Both the position numbers and the translations under genes were made by a program. Below are positions 50,663 through 58,580 of a stretch of 64,000 bases of DNA, one piece after another. The DNA lies in NCBI GenBank assembly GCA_937921305.1, contig CAKZSU010000006.1, forward strand, positions 1,089 to 65,088, read 5' to 3'. Within the stretch, counting starts at the first letter, position 1; each line of letters begins with the position of its first letter. The notes under the pieces were generated by a model. It worked only from the letters and a program-made list of their open reading frames with translations. It was not told the origin of the DNA and made no database searches. The DNA is from an uncultured Patescibacteria group bacterium. Its GTDB lineage: Bacteria > Patescibacteriota > Microgenomatia > UBA10105 > UBA927.

Positions 50663-52257
50663 TCTTCTCCTTTGTAATGAACGAGCTTAAATAATTTTAC
50701 TGGAAAGACATCCTTTTCTTCGACAATTTCCGCTCTTCCAAACCCAGCAACCTCCCAGCTAGCATGCCCTAATGGCTGACATGATGGATTTTCACAGATA
50801 ACAATAAGCTGATCGGTCACAGTTGTTCGTTCTGGATCTACGGACGGTTGTTGAATAACAATCGGCGATCTTCCCCATATTTCAAAGAAATATCGATATG
50901 CATGATCGGAGTTTGTCGCCGTGATTAATGCAAAATTAAATGGTTTTCCTTCCGAGAGATCCAACGCCGCCTTCGCGATTCGTTTTGTTTGCTCCAATTG
51001 ATTATTCGGAGGGTACATAAATGGTCTTCCCTGCCAATTATAGTAAAACAGTCCGCCCCATACGAACAAGCCAATCGCAATTCCCGCTTTTGTTTTCATA
51101 AGTTGCCAAAGAACAATGCCCACCGCAATAAACGGAAACGCAAAAAAAATGCCGAAGTAATAATCATAAATACTTCGCTGATAAAATCCAAACGACAAAA
51201 TAGACCATAAAAACCATCCAGATAATAACATTGCTCCCAACCATTGCTTACGCGTCAGTATATTTTGCGAAGATTTCCGAATAAAACGAATACTCATATA
51301 GACCACAACACCAATTGAAATATAGAGCGTCGTACGTATCAATATGACTAAAAGATTGATATACCAATCAGAATATCCATTCCACACTTCATATTGAGGC
51401 ATGCGAAACAACAACCGTCCATAAGAACGAAACGTAACATCATGAACAATCTCGATGAATTTTCCTGGAACAAACACTGTTTCATTTCCTCCCAGAAAAA
51501 AATTGATAAGCGCTGTTGTATTGGGAAACGAATGGCGAAATTCAAACGCCACAAACGGGGAAAGCATAAGAAAAAATCCACAACACCACACCGCAATATG
51601 CTTAAAAAGCGACCTTATTGAAGAAACAATAAGAATCAATAAAGAAAACGCGATGAGTATTGAATATAAATAATGAAATTGGATACCCATCCCAGACACC
51701 ACCCCAATAAAAAAAACAAGGATTGTCTTCTTCTGAACAATGAATCTCCATAAAAGGTAGAGAAGAAGCAAGGAAAAAAAAGGCACAAGGTTAGGATTCC
51801 ACGATGATCGAGCATACGCGATCACCAAGGGAGAAACAGCATATAAACTCGCTCCAACAAGCCCGACAACAGGATGAAACATTGTGCTTCCCACATGAAA
51901 GACTAAATAAATTGTCGCAATTCCGAATAACGCGACCATAATCGCGGGACCAACTGGATCAAGATTCCACAACCAAAGAAACGGCGCCATGAAGTAGTAA
52001 TACAATGGTCCAAGAAAGAATCCGCCGACCGACGCTGTTGGCCCAAGAAAGACCATGTCTCTATCAACGATCATCCGTTTCACAATTAATACATCTCTTC
52101 CTTCATCGCCTAAAAACGTTAAATACTCATGAATACGATGTAATCGAAGATATGCGCCAAGGAGCATAATTATTGTTATGCAAGAAATCAGAAGATGCTT
52201 TAAAGAACTACAATTCATGAGTGTAGTATACCTTACACCAATCTCTTTTTTCTCCAA
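50659..52257 (-). CDS. GT-C-like polytopic membrane protein with a DE motif (ArnT/PMT-like, orphan)
   Basis: 532 aa. ...HEYLTFLGDEGRDVLIVKRMIVDRDMVFLGPTASVGGFFLGPLYYY... after TM1, then about 11 TM helices. Confidence 0.5.
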   Translation of the reverse strand: MEKKEIGVRYTTLMNCSSLKHLLISCITIIMLLGAYLRLHRIHEYLTFLGDEGRDVLIVKRMIVDRDMVFLGPTASVGGFFLGPLYYYFMAPFLWLWNLDPVGPAIMVALFGIATIYLVFHVGSTMFHPVVGLVGASLYAVSPLVIAYARSSWNPNLVPFFSLLLLYLLWRFIVQKKTILVFFIGVVSGMGIQFHYLYSILIAFSLLILIVSSIRSLFKHIAVWCCGFFLMLSPFVAFEFRHSFPNTTALINFFLGGNETVFVPGKFIEIVHDVTFRSYGRLLFRMPQYEVWNGYSDWYINLLVILIRTTLYISIGVVVYMSIRFIRKSSQNILTRKQWLGAMLLSGWFLWSILSFGFYQRSIYDYYFGIFFAFPFIAVGIVLWQLMKTKAGIAIGLFVWGGLFYYNWQGRPFMYPPNNQLEQTKRIAKAALDLSEGKPFNFALITATNSDHAYRYFFEIWGRSPIVIQQPSVDPERTTVTDQLIVICENPSCQPLGHASWEVAGFGRAEIVEEKDVFPVKLFKLVHYKGEE

Positions 52258-53357
52258 ATAACTTTTGAATACATCGCATAGTTATAAAACAACCCTATCC
52301 CAACGCCAATGATGTAGAACAATCGATACCACGAAACGCCAAAGAGATGCGTTCCAATAAACACTGAACTTCCTTGAATGAGGATTGCGCCAAGCGCAGA
52401 AAGATTAAACTGGAAAAATTTTATTAAATACCTTCCGTGCTGAATTTTTCTATCGCGAAATGTCCACGCGTTATTGAAAATAAAATTCGAAATAATCGCA
52501 CATTCAGCGCCAATAACGCTTCCAATACTTGGGTGCAATCCAATAAGATGAACTGCAATCTCCAAAACAATCGTATTGATGATAAATCCAAAACCGCCTA
52601 CAACAAGAAACTTTTTAAAGTTTCCATAACGAAGCCAAATAAGACGCTGACGAAATACATATGCAAACACATCTCTGATATATTCAGACGGAGCTATCTT
52701 CGAATGACCAAATTTTCTATCAACAAATCGTATTGGAATTTCTTTAATTCTTGCTCCTGCTAACACTGCGTTGTGCAAAAACGCGATTTGAAACACATAA
52801 CCGGAATATTTTGCTACCTTTTGTTTATTTAATTCATAATATTTTTTATAAAATGCACGATACCCTCCTGTCCAATCATGCAAATATGAACATCCAAGAC
52901 CAAATCGAACAAACATATTACCAACCACGCTAAATATTTTTCTATGAATGCCCCAATCAGAAGGAATCGCGCCTCCCGGAATATATCTGCTTCCCACAGC
53001 TATATCATATCCATCATCCAATGCTTGAATAAACGAGGGAAGCACTGCTGGATCGTGTGAAAGATCAGCATCCATCTGTACAATAATATCTGCGCCCAGT
53101 TTCTCTACCGCATAGGTCATTCCTCGCAACAACGCCTTCCCTAATCCTTGTTTTTCCCCTATGAGAAGATGAACATCGTTATGCGTCTTCGCGTATTCTT
53201 TTACTGCGTCAGCCGTGCCATCGGGAGATGTATCATCAACCACAAGATAAGAACATGAATGATGAGGAAAAGAGGAGAACGCTTCCCGCGCTTTTTCCAA
53301 CAAAACGAGAATCGTATCCCGCTCATTATATGTGGGGAGAATAAGAACGACATTCAT
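52233..53357 (-). CDS. Bifunctional-architecture GT2 polyprenyl-phosphate sugar synthase fused to a C-terminal GtrA-like 4-TM domain
   Basis: 374 aa. N-terminal VVLILPTYNERDTI...YLVVDDTSPDGTADAVKEY...GLGKALLRGM...IIVQMDADLSHD. The C-terminal approx. 120 aa have four hydrophobic helices (FLVVGGFGFIINTIVLEIAVHLIG...), as in GtrA/Ppm1-type fusions. Confidence 0.7.
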   Translation of the reverse strand: MNVVLILPTYNERDTILVLLEKAREAFSSFPHHSCSYLVVDDTSPDGTADAVKEYAKTHNDVHLLIGEKQGLGKALLRGMTYAVEKLGADIIVQMDADLSHDPAVLPSFIQALDDGYDIAVGSRYIPGGAIPSDWGIHRKIFSVVGNMFVRFGLGCSYLHDWTGGYRAFYKKYYELNKQKVAKYSGYVFQIAFLHNAVLAGARIKEIPIRFVDRKFGHSKIAPSEYIRDVFAYVFRQRLIWLRYGNFKKFLVVGGFGFIINTIVLEIAVHLIGLHPSIGSVIGAECAIISNFIFNNAWTFRDRKIQHGRYLIKFFQFNLSALGAILIQGSSVFIGTHLFGVSWYRLFYIIGVGIGLFYNYAMYSKVIWRKKRLV

Positions 53358-53390
53358 ACGAAGAGCGGGTAAACCGCATAAATCATTCTG

Positions 53391-54350
53391 CTATACATGC
53401 TCCCGCCAATAATTCAAAAGATCAGCCATGGTTTGTTCAAGCGGGATCATTGGTTGCCATCCTGTTTTCTGAACAAACTTTGTATTGTCTCCGATCAAGA
53501 CAGGAACATCCGACGGTCTCATCCTTGCCGGATCTTCTTTTATCTCTACCTTAACTTTACTCATACCAAGAAGCATCGTGAGGACATCTCCAATCCTCTC
53601 TGCTCTTCCTGTGCAAATGTTATAAACCTCTCCGGGGTCACAGTGCTCGACAGCGAGAAGATATCCCTTTACCATGTCGCGAACATCGGTATAATCCCGT
53701 TTTGCGTCAAGATTCCCCACATAAATCACCGGATCTTGTTTCTTTTTCTCTATCAGCGCAATCTGTTTCGCGAAGTTTGATTCAGCGAATGTGTCTCCTC
53801 GTCGAGGACCGGTATGATTAAATCCTCTTGTCCGCACAATTTTCAAACCATACGACTGATAATATTGATACCCTAAATAGTCCATTGCAACTTTTGAAAC
53901 AGCGTATGGAGAAAGCGGACGAAGCGGATTCGTTTCTTTTATTGGAAGCTCATTTTCGTACACCATGCCGTACTCTTCCGAGGAACACGCGATTTGAATA
54001 ACGCAATCAAGCTTTGCCCGTTTCACAGCTTCAAATAAATTCGCTGATCCAATAATGTTGACATCAAGCGTTACAGCGGGAGACACCCATGAAGTAGGGA
54101 CAAATGATTGGGCGGCAAGATGAAAGATGACATCAGGCCGAATACGTTCAATAGAGCTGTATAAACTATGCGAATCAAGGAGATCTGCCTCTTCAAGTTT
54201 TAATTTATCTTGAATATGTACAATGTGATCAAGCTTGCTTCGAACGCGAACATAACCGTACACTTCGTATCCTTTCTCTAGCAATAATTCCGCCATATGG
54301 CTTCCAACAAATCCAGCAATACCGGTAATAAGCGCTTTTTTCTTTTCCAT
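53391..54350 (-). CDS. NAD(P)-dependent SDR of the GDP-mannose 4,6-dehydratase / GDP-4-keto-6-deoxymannose reductase (Gmd/Rmd) family
   Basis: ALITGIAGFVGSHMAELLLEKGYEV...SPYAVSKVAMDY...RGFNHTGPRRG...YVGNLDAKRDYTDVRDMV...EDPARMRPSDVPVLIGDNTKFVQKTGWQP. These align with the Gmd/Rmd core. GFVGSH rather than GQDGSY favours the short Rmd-like/archaeal-type enzymes. Confidence 0.6.
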   Translation of the reverse strand: MEKKKALITGIAGFVGSHMAELLLEKGYEVYGYVRVRSKLDHIVHIQDKLKLEEADLLDSHSLYSSIERIRPDVIFHLAAQSFVPTSWVSPAVTLDVNIIGSANLFEAVKRAKLDCVIQIACSSEEYGMVYENELPIKETNPLRPLSPYAVSKVAMDYLGYQYYQSYGLKIVRTRGFNHTGPRRGDTFAESNFAKQIALIEKKKQDPVIYVGNLDAKRDYTDVRDMVKGYLLAVEHCDPGEVYNICTGRAERIGDVLTMLLGMSKVKVEIKEDPARMRPSDVPVLIGDNTKFVQKTGWQPMIPLEQTMADLLNYWREHV

Positions 54351-54390
54351 AGTCCTCCTTCTTATAAATCATTATAAACGATATTGTATA

Positions 54391-55689
54391 CTACATCCTT
54401 CCAACGCCATAGTACATATACCCTAACTTTTTAACAAACTCTGGATCATAAATGTTTCGACCGTCAAACAAAACCCGTTGTTTCAATCCTTTTGCAAGGC
54501 GAACAAGATCAAGGTTTCGAAACTCGTTCCACTCAGTAATCACCGCTACCACATCCACATCTTGGCAAGCGGAATACGGATCTTTTGCATAAATGACAGA
54601 AGACGGAAGAACTTTTTTTGCGTTTTCCATTGCTACAGGATCAAAGACGATAATGTCAGCTCCATGATTGAGAAGTTTTTCAATAATCGTGATCGATGGA
54701 GCTTCTCTCATATCGTCGGTGTCTGGCTTAAAAGAAAGACCAAGAATAGCGACTCTTTTTCCATGAATGTTTCCTTCAAAGTGCCTCAATATCTTTTCCA
54801 CGAAATGGTCTCTCATGGAGTGATTGACCTCATCAACCGCCTCAAGAAGACGAAAATCATACCCATGCCCCTTTGAAAGCGCAATCAATGCCTTCACATC
54901 TTTTGGAAAACAACTCCCTCCGTAGCCAACACCAGGATAGAGAAAACTTCTTCCAAGTCGACTATCAAGACCTACCCCCTCTAACACTTTTTCCGCATCC
55001 GCACCAACTCGTTCTGAAAGAACAGCGATCGCATTAGCAAAGGATATTTTTGTTGAAAGAAGCGAATTTGATGCATATTTAATAAGCTCCGCCGTCTCTA
55101 CATTGCATAAGACAAGGTTTGTGTTAATCGGTTTATGGAGATCAATCAACATATCTCTCGCTCGATCCGATGTTGTCCCAATCACGACGCGATCTGGATG
55201 CAATGTATCATGGATAGCGGTGCCTTCGCGAAGAAATTCCGGACACGAAGCAATGGCAAAACTTGCTCCCGGAGGTTTTACTTTTGCAAGAATTTCCCCA
55301 ACTTTCTTGTTGGTTCCCGGAGGCACCGTGCTTTTTGTGACAACCACTTTGTAACCCACTAAATTTTTTCCAATTTTTTCAGCAGCGGCGAAGACATTCG
55401 TCAAATCCGCTTCTCCTGACGGTTTCGGAGGCGTCCCAACGCAAATAAAGATAATTTCAGAAGGGACTACTGCTTCTTTATAATCCAATGTAAATAACAA
55501 TCGCCCCACGTCCACATTTCTCTTTACCAAATCAGATAATCCTGGTTCATAAAATGTCGCTTTTCCCTGCTTTAATATTTCTATTTTCTCTTTTGTTCTT
55601 CCCACAACCCATACAGTGTTGCCAAAATCGGCGAATACCGCGGCGGTAACAAGTCCAACATATCCATGACCAATAAATGCTATTGTCAT
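54391..55689 (-). CDS. ugd: UDP-glucose 6-dehydrogenase (nucleotide-sugar dehydrogenase family)
   Basis: MTIAFIGHGYVGLVTAAVFADFGN... (N-terminal Rossmann fold) and the ...GYGGSCFPKDV... catalytic-Cys motif of UDP-Glc/GDP-Man dehydrogenases. 432 aa. Confidence 0.8.
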   Translation of the reverse strand: MTIAFIGHGYVGLVTAAVFADFGNTVWVVGRTKEKIEILKQGKATFYEPGLSDLVKRNVDVGRLLFTLDYKEAVVPSEIIFICVGTPPKPSGEADLTNVFAAAEKIGKNLVGYKVVVTKSTVPPGTNKKVGEILAKVKPPGASFAIASCPEFLREGTAIHDTLHPDRVVIGTTSDRARDMLIDLHKPINTNLVLCNVETAELIKYASNSLLSTKISFANAIAVLSERVGADAEKVLEGVGLDSRLGRSFLYPGVGYGGSCFPKDVKALIALSKGHGYDFRLLEAVDEVNHSMRDHFVEKILRHFEGNIHGKRVAILGLSFKPDTDDMREAPSITIIEKLLNHGADIIVFDPVAMENAKKVLPSSVIYAKDPYSACQDVDVVAVITEWNEFRNLDLVRLAKGLKQRVLFDGRNIYDPEFVKKLGYMYYGVGRM

Positions 55690-56552
55690 ACTATTTCCTT
55701 TTTTATCGTTTTCAAACCTTCTTCGAATGAAATTGCTTGAAAGCCTAGTTTAGTAATTTTAGCATTGGAAATAAGAAGTTGAAAAGCCCTCGGAGCTCTC
55801 CCTTTATAAAACTCCTGAGCCGATGTCTTCTGCACCAAAGAAAAAGAATACCCAAACACTTTTGCGACACTCTGCGCGGCTTCATACGCGCTTATCGCCG
55901 ACGGACCTACCACATGATAGACGCCAAACGAGTTTCGCTCGACGAGAAGACGAATACCCTCCGCAATCGTTTGAAGATGCGTTGGAACAAATATCTGATC
56001 CACGGGCGCCGAAAGAGTCTTTCCTTGTTTTAATACCTGAATCATCCGCTGCACAAAATCAGGACGAGATCCGCAAAGCGCTCCATACGGAAACGAGATA
56101 CGAACAATCAACGCATTTTTCCCAAGCATTCTTACTTCTTTTTCACCCATATATTTTGTCATTGCATACCATCCAATCGGGCTTGGCTTATGTCTTTCAG
56201 TAAACACTTTTTTTCCGCCGGGAAACACAAAATCTGTGGAAAGATAAAGAAGTTTTTTCCTGTACTTTCGGCATGCTTCAACGATATGTCTTGTTCCCAA
56301 AACATTCACTTTCCATGTTGAGCTCTCCTCGCCAAGATCGATCTCTTGTTCCGCTTCATCAACATTTGTTTTTGCCGCAAAATGAAATACCCACGATGCG
56401 TCCGATGAAGCAATATGCCATTGAATATCGTGACGATTTGTGATATCAACGCCTGTTTCTAAACTCAAATTTTCAAAAGTAAAAGAAGGAGAGAGAAATT
56501 GAACAACATATGAACCAACCAATCCTGACAATCCTGTACCTATAATCTTCAT
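55686..56552 (-). CDS. rmlD: dTDP-4-dehydrorhamnose reductase-like (RmlD family)
   Basis: 288 aa. MKIIGTGLSGLVGSYVVQFL...VFHFAAKTNVDEAE...YAMTKYMGE... The RmlD-type short SDR lacks a large N-terminal extension. There is a 4-bp overlap with rmlB. Confidence 0.7.
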   Translation of the reverse strand: MKIIGTGLSGLVGSYVVQFLSPSFTFENLSLETGVDITNRHDIQWHIASSDASWVFHFAAKTNVDEAEQEIDLGEESSTWKVNVLGTRHIVEACRKYRKKLLYLSTDFVFPGGKKVFTERHKPSPIGWYAMTKYMGEKEVRMLGKNALIVRISFPYGALCGSRPDFVQRMIQVLKQGKTLSAPVDQIFVPTHLQTIAEGIRLLVERNSFGVYHVVGPSAISAYEAAQSVAKVFGYSFSLVQKTSAQEFYKGRAPRAFQLLISNAKITKLGFQAISFEEGLKTIKKEIV

Positions 56553-57565
56553 AGACTCTTTCCATATTGCTGTTCATAATAGGATCGATATGCACCGCTT
56601 TTCACCCGCTGCCACCACTCTTGATGCTCTTGATACCAACGAATAGTCTCCTTCAACCATGTATCAAAATCATGCAATGGTTCCCAGCCTAATTCGTTTC
56701 GTATTTTTGACCAATCAATCGCATATCGCCGATCGTGTCCTGGACGATCTTTCACAAATTCTATATATGACTCATCTTTTCCCATGTACGCAAGAATTTT
56801 TTTGACAATAGAAAGATTATTGATATCTTCTGTTAATCCGCCGATACAATAGGTTTCTCCGATTTTCCCATGACGCAATACCATATCTATTGCCCGACAA
56901 TGATCTTCCACATACAACCAATCTCGCACATATAACCCATCGCCGTAAATAGGAACCTTTTTCCCTTCCATGAGATTCGTAATCGCTAGCGGAATAAGCT
57001 TCTCTGGAAACTGAAACGGACCATAATTGTTGGAACAATTTGTGATCGTTATCGGCAATCTATAGGTATAAAAATACGCTCGAACAAGATGATCTGACGC
57101 CGCTTTCGTCGCGGAATACGGACTCCTCGGTCTATACGGCGTCTGCTCGGAAAATATTTGCTTTTCAGAAAGATCCAACGATCCAAAGACTTCATCGGTG
57201 GACACATGGTGGAATCGTTGAATTTTCCTTTCTCGAGCTACCTCGAGCAACACATGCGTTCCAACAATATTTGTGCGAACAAACGGAGAAGGATCAAGGA
57301 TAGAACGATCCACATGGCTTTCCGCGGCAAAATGCACAACCACATCGCATCCATCCATCGCACTTCGAACCGCGTTTTTATCGCAAATATCCCCCTTAAT
57401 GAACACATCACAAGGGTTATTCTTTACTTCTTGGAGATTTTCTAAGTTTCCTGCGTATGTCAGCGCGTCAAATGTTACGACCGTATCTTCCGGATAATGC
57501 CGGAGCCAGTAGAGAACAAAATTGGCGCCGATAAATCCAGCGCCCCCCGTGACGAAGAGTTTCAC
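56549..57565 (-). CDS. rmlB: dTDP-glucose 4,6-dehydratase
   Basis: MKLFVTGGAGFIGANFVLYWLRHYPEDTVVTFDALTYAGNLENLQEV...YSATKAASDHLVRAY... This is the near-canonical RmlB N-terminus and YxxxK. 338 aa. Confidence 0.85.
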   Translation of the reverse strand: MKLFVTGGAGFIGANFVLYWLRHYPEDTVVTFDALTYAGNLENLQEVKNNPCDVFIKGDICDKNAVRSAMDGCDVVVHFAAESHVDRSILDPSPFVRTNIVGTHVLLEVARERKIQRFHHVSTDEVFGSLDLSEKQIFSEQTPYRPRSPYSATKAASDHLVRAYFYTYRLPITITNCSNNYGPFQFPEKLIPLAITNLMEGKKVPIYGDGLYVRDWLYVEDHCRAIDMVLRHGKIGETYCIGGLTEDINNLSIVKKILAYMGKDESYIEFVKDRPGHDRRYAIDWSKIRNELGWEPLHDFDTWLKETIRWYQEHQEWWQRVKSGAYRSYYEQQYGKSL

Positions 57566-58299
57566 AACTTTCCCTCTTTTACCATCTGCGCGACTTCATT
57601 ATTCGCGCGAAGCAATTCATCATACGATGTTCCAGCGTCAACCCACCAGTCAATAATTTCACAATACAAGTTTCCTTTGTTTTTGTAAATGTTATTTAAG
57701 TCTGTAACTTCTAATTCTCCTCGCTGAGACGGTGTTAACTGTTGAATATATGCAAACACATGATGATCGTACATATAAATGCCTGTTTGCGCGATATCAG
57801 ATTTTGGATACTCAGGCTTCTCCTCAATAGAAATCACTTTTCCTGACTCATCAATCTCTATGACGCCATATTGCCGTGACTCAGTGTCTTTATGAACACC
57901 AAAAATAACCGCGCCTTCCTCTCGAGATTCAAATCGGTCTACCGATGGACGAAGATCGTACGAAAAAATATTGTCGCCGAGAAGCACAAGAATTTTCTCA
58001 TTATTGGCAAAATCTCTCGCTAAAGAAATCGCATCGGCGATTCCGCCTTTTGGATTCTTTTGAATAGCGTAATAGAGCGTCAATCCAAAATCTTCTCCCC
58101 CTTTCAAAAGCCCGGCAAACTGACCAACAGCCTCAGGAGACGATGTAATCAAAACTTCTTTAATGCCAGATTTCACCATCGCTTCGAGCGAATAGTAAAT
58201 CATCGGTTTATTGTAAATGGGAAGCAAGTGTTTATTCGTGACAAGCGTCAATGGTCGAAGCCTTGTCGCTAATCCTCCTGCTAAAATAACACCTTTCAT
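57562..58299 (-). CDS. rmlA: Glucose-1-phosphate thymidylyltransferase, short form
   Basis: MKGVILAGGLATRLRPLTLVTNKHLLPIYNKPMIYYSLEAMVKSGIKEVLI is the sugar-nucleotidyltransferase signature. 245 aa, short archaeal/CPR-type form. Confidence 0.8.
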   Translation of the reverse strand: MKGVILAGGLATRLRPLTLVTNKHLLPIYNKPMIYYSLEAMVKSGIKEVLITSSPEAVGQFAGLLKGGEDFGLTLYYAIQKNPKGGIADAISLARDFANNEKILVLLGDNIFSYDLRPSVDRFESREEGAVIFGVHKDTESRQYGVIEIDESGKVISIEEKPEYPKSDIAQTGIYMYDHHVFAYIQQLTPSQRGELEVTDLNNIYKNKGNLYCEIIDWWVDAGTSYDELLRANNEVAQMVKEGKL

Positions 58300-58307
58300 A
58301 TATGCGA

Positions 58308-58580
58308 TTAAATAAAGAGGACAGTATATAATATCGCCAATCCAATCCCGGCAATCAACACGTATTCTATCATAACCTTGACATATAAATCACCTTCAAT
58401 ATAGTGATAGACAATCCCCCACAAAATATACGACATCGCGGCGATAAATCCTACAAGGAACTGGAGATCTGGTTTCCCCTGAAAAAGAGAAATTGCAAGA
58501 ATCGTAAATCCAAAAATAATACAAAGAACAAGTGGATGAAGATATGTATGATGAATAATGTTTTTATTATGATGCTTCAT
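58308..58580 (-). CDS. Small 3-TM membrane protein, hypothetical
   Basis: The likely start is MKHHNKNIIHHTY..., where an ATGA-type overlap with the stop of the CAP gene is expected. It has three hydrophobic helices. The track ORF extends to 58694 inside the upstream gene. Confidence 0.35.
   Translation of the reverse strand: MKHHNKNIIHHTYLHPLVLCIIFGFTILAISLFQGKPDLQFLVGFIAAMSYILWGIVYHYIEGDLYVKVMIEYVLIAGIGLAILYTVLFI

Noticed and set aside
53391-54350. Considered calling this SDR a UDP-glucuronate decarboxylase (UDP-xylose synthase) because ugd is adjacent
   Set aside because: Its motifs (SPYAVSK...RGFNHTGPRRG...DPARMRPSD...GW.P) align much better with the Gmd/Rmd subfamily than with UXS/ArnA-type decarboxylases. 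I kept it as Gmd/Rmd-like with moderate confidence.
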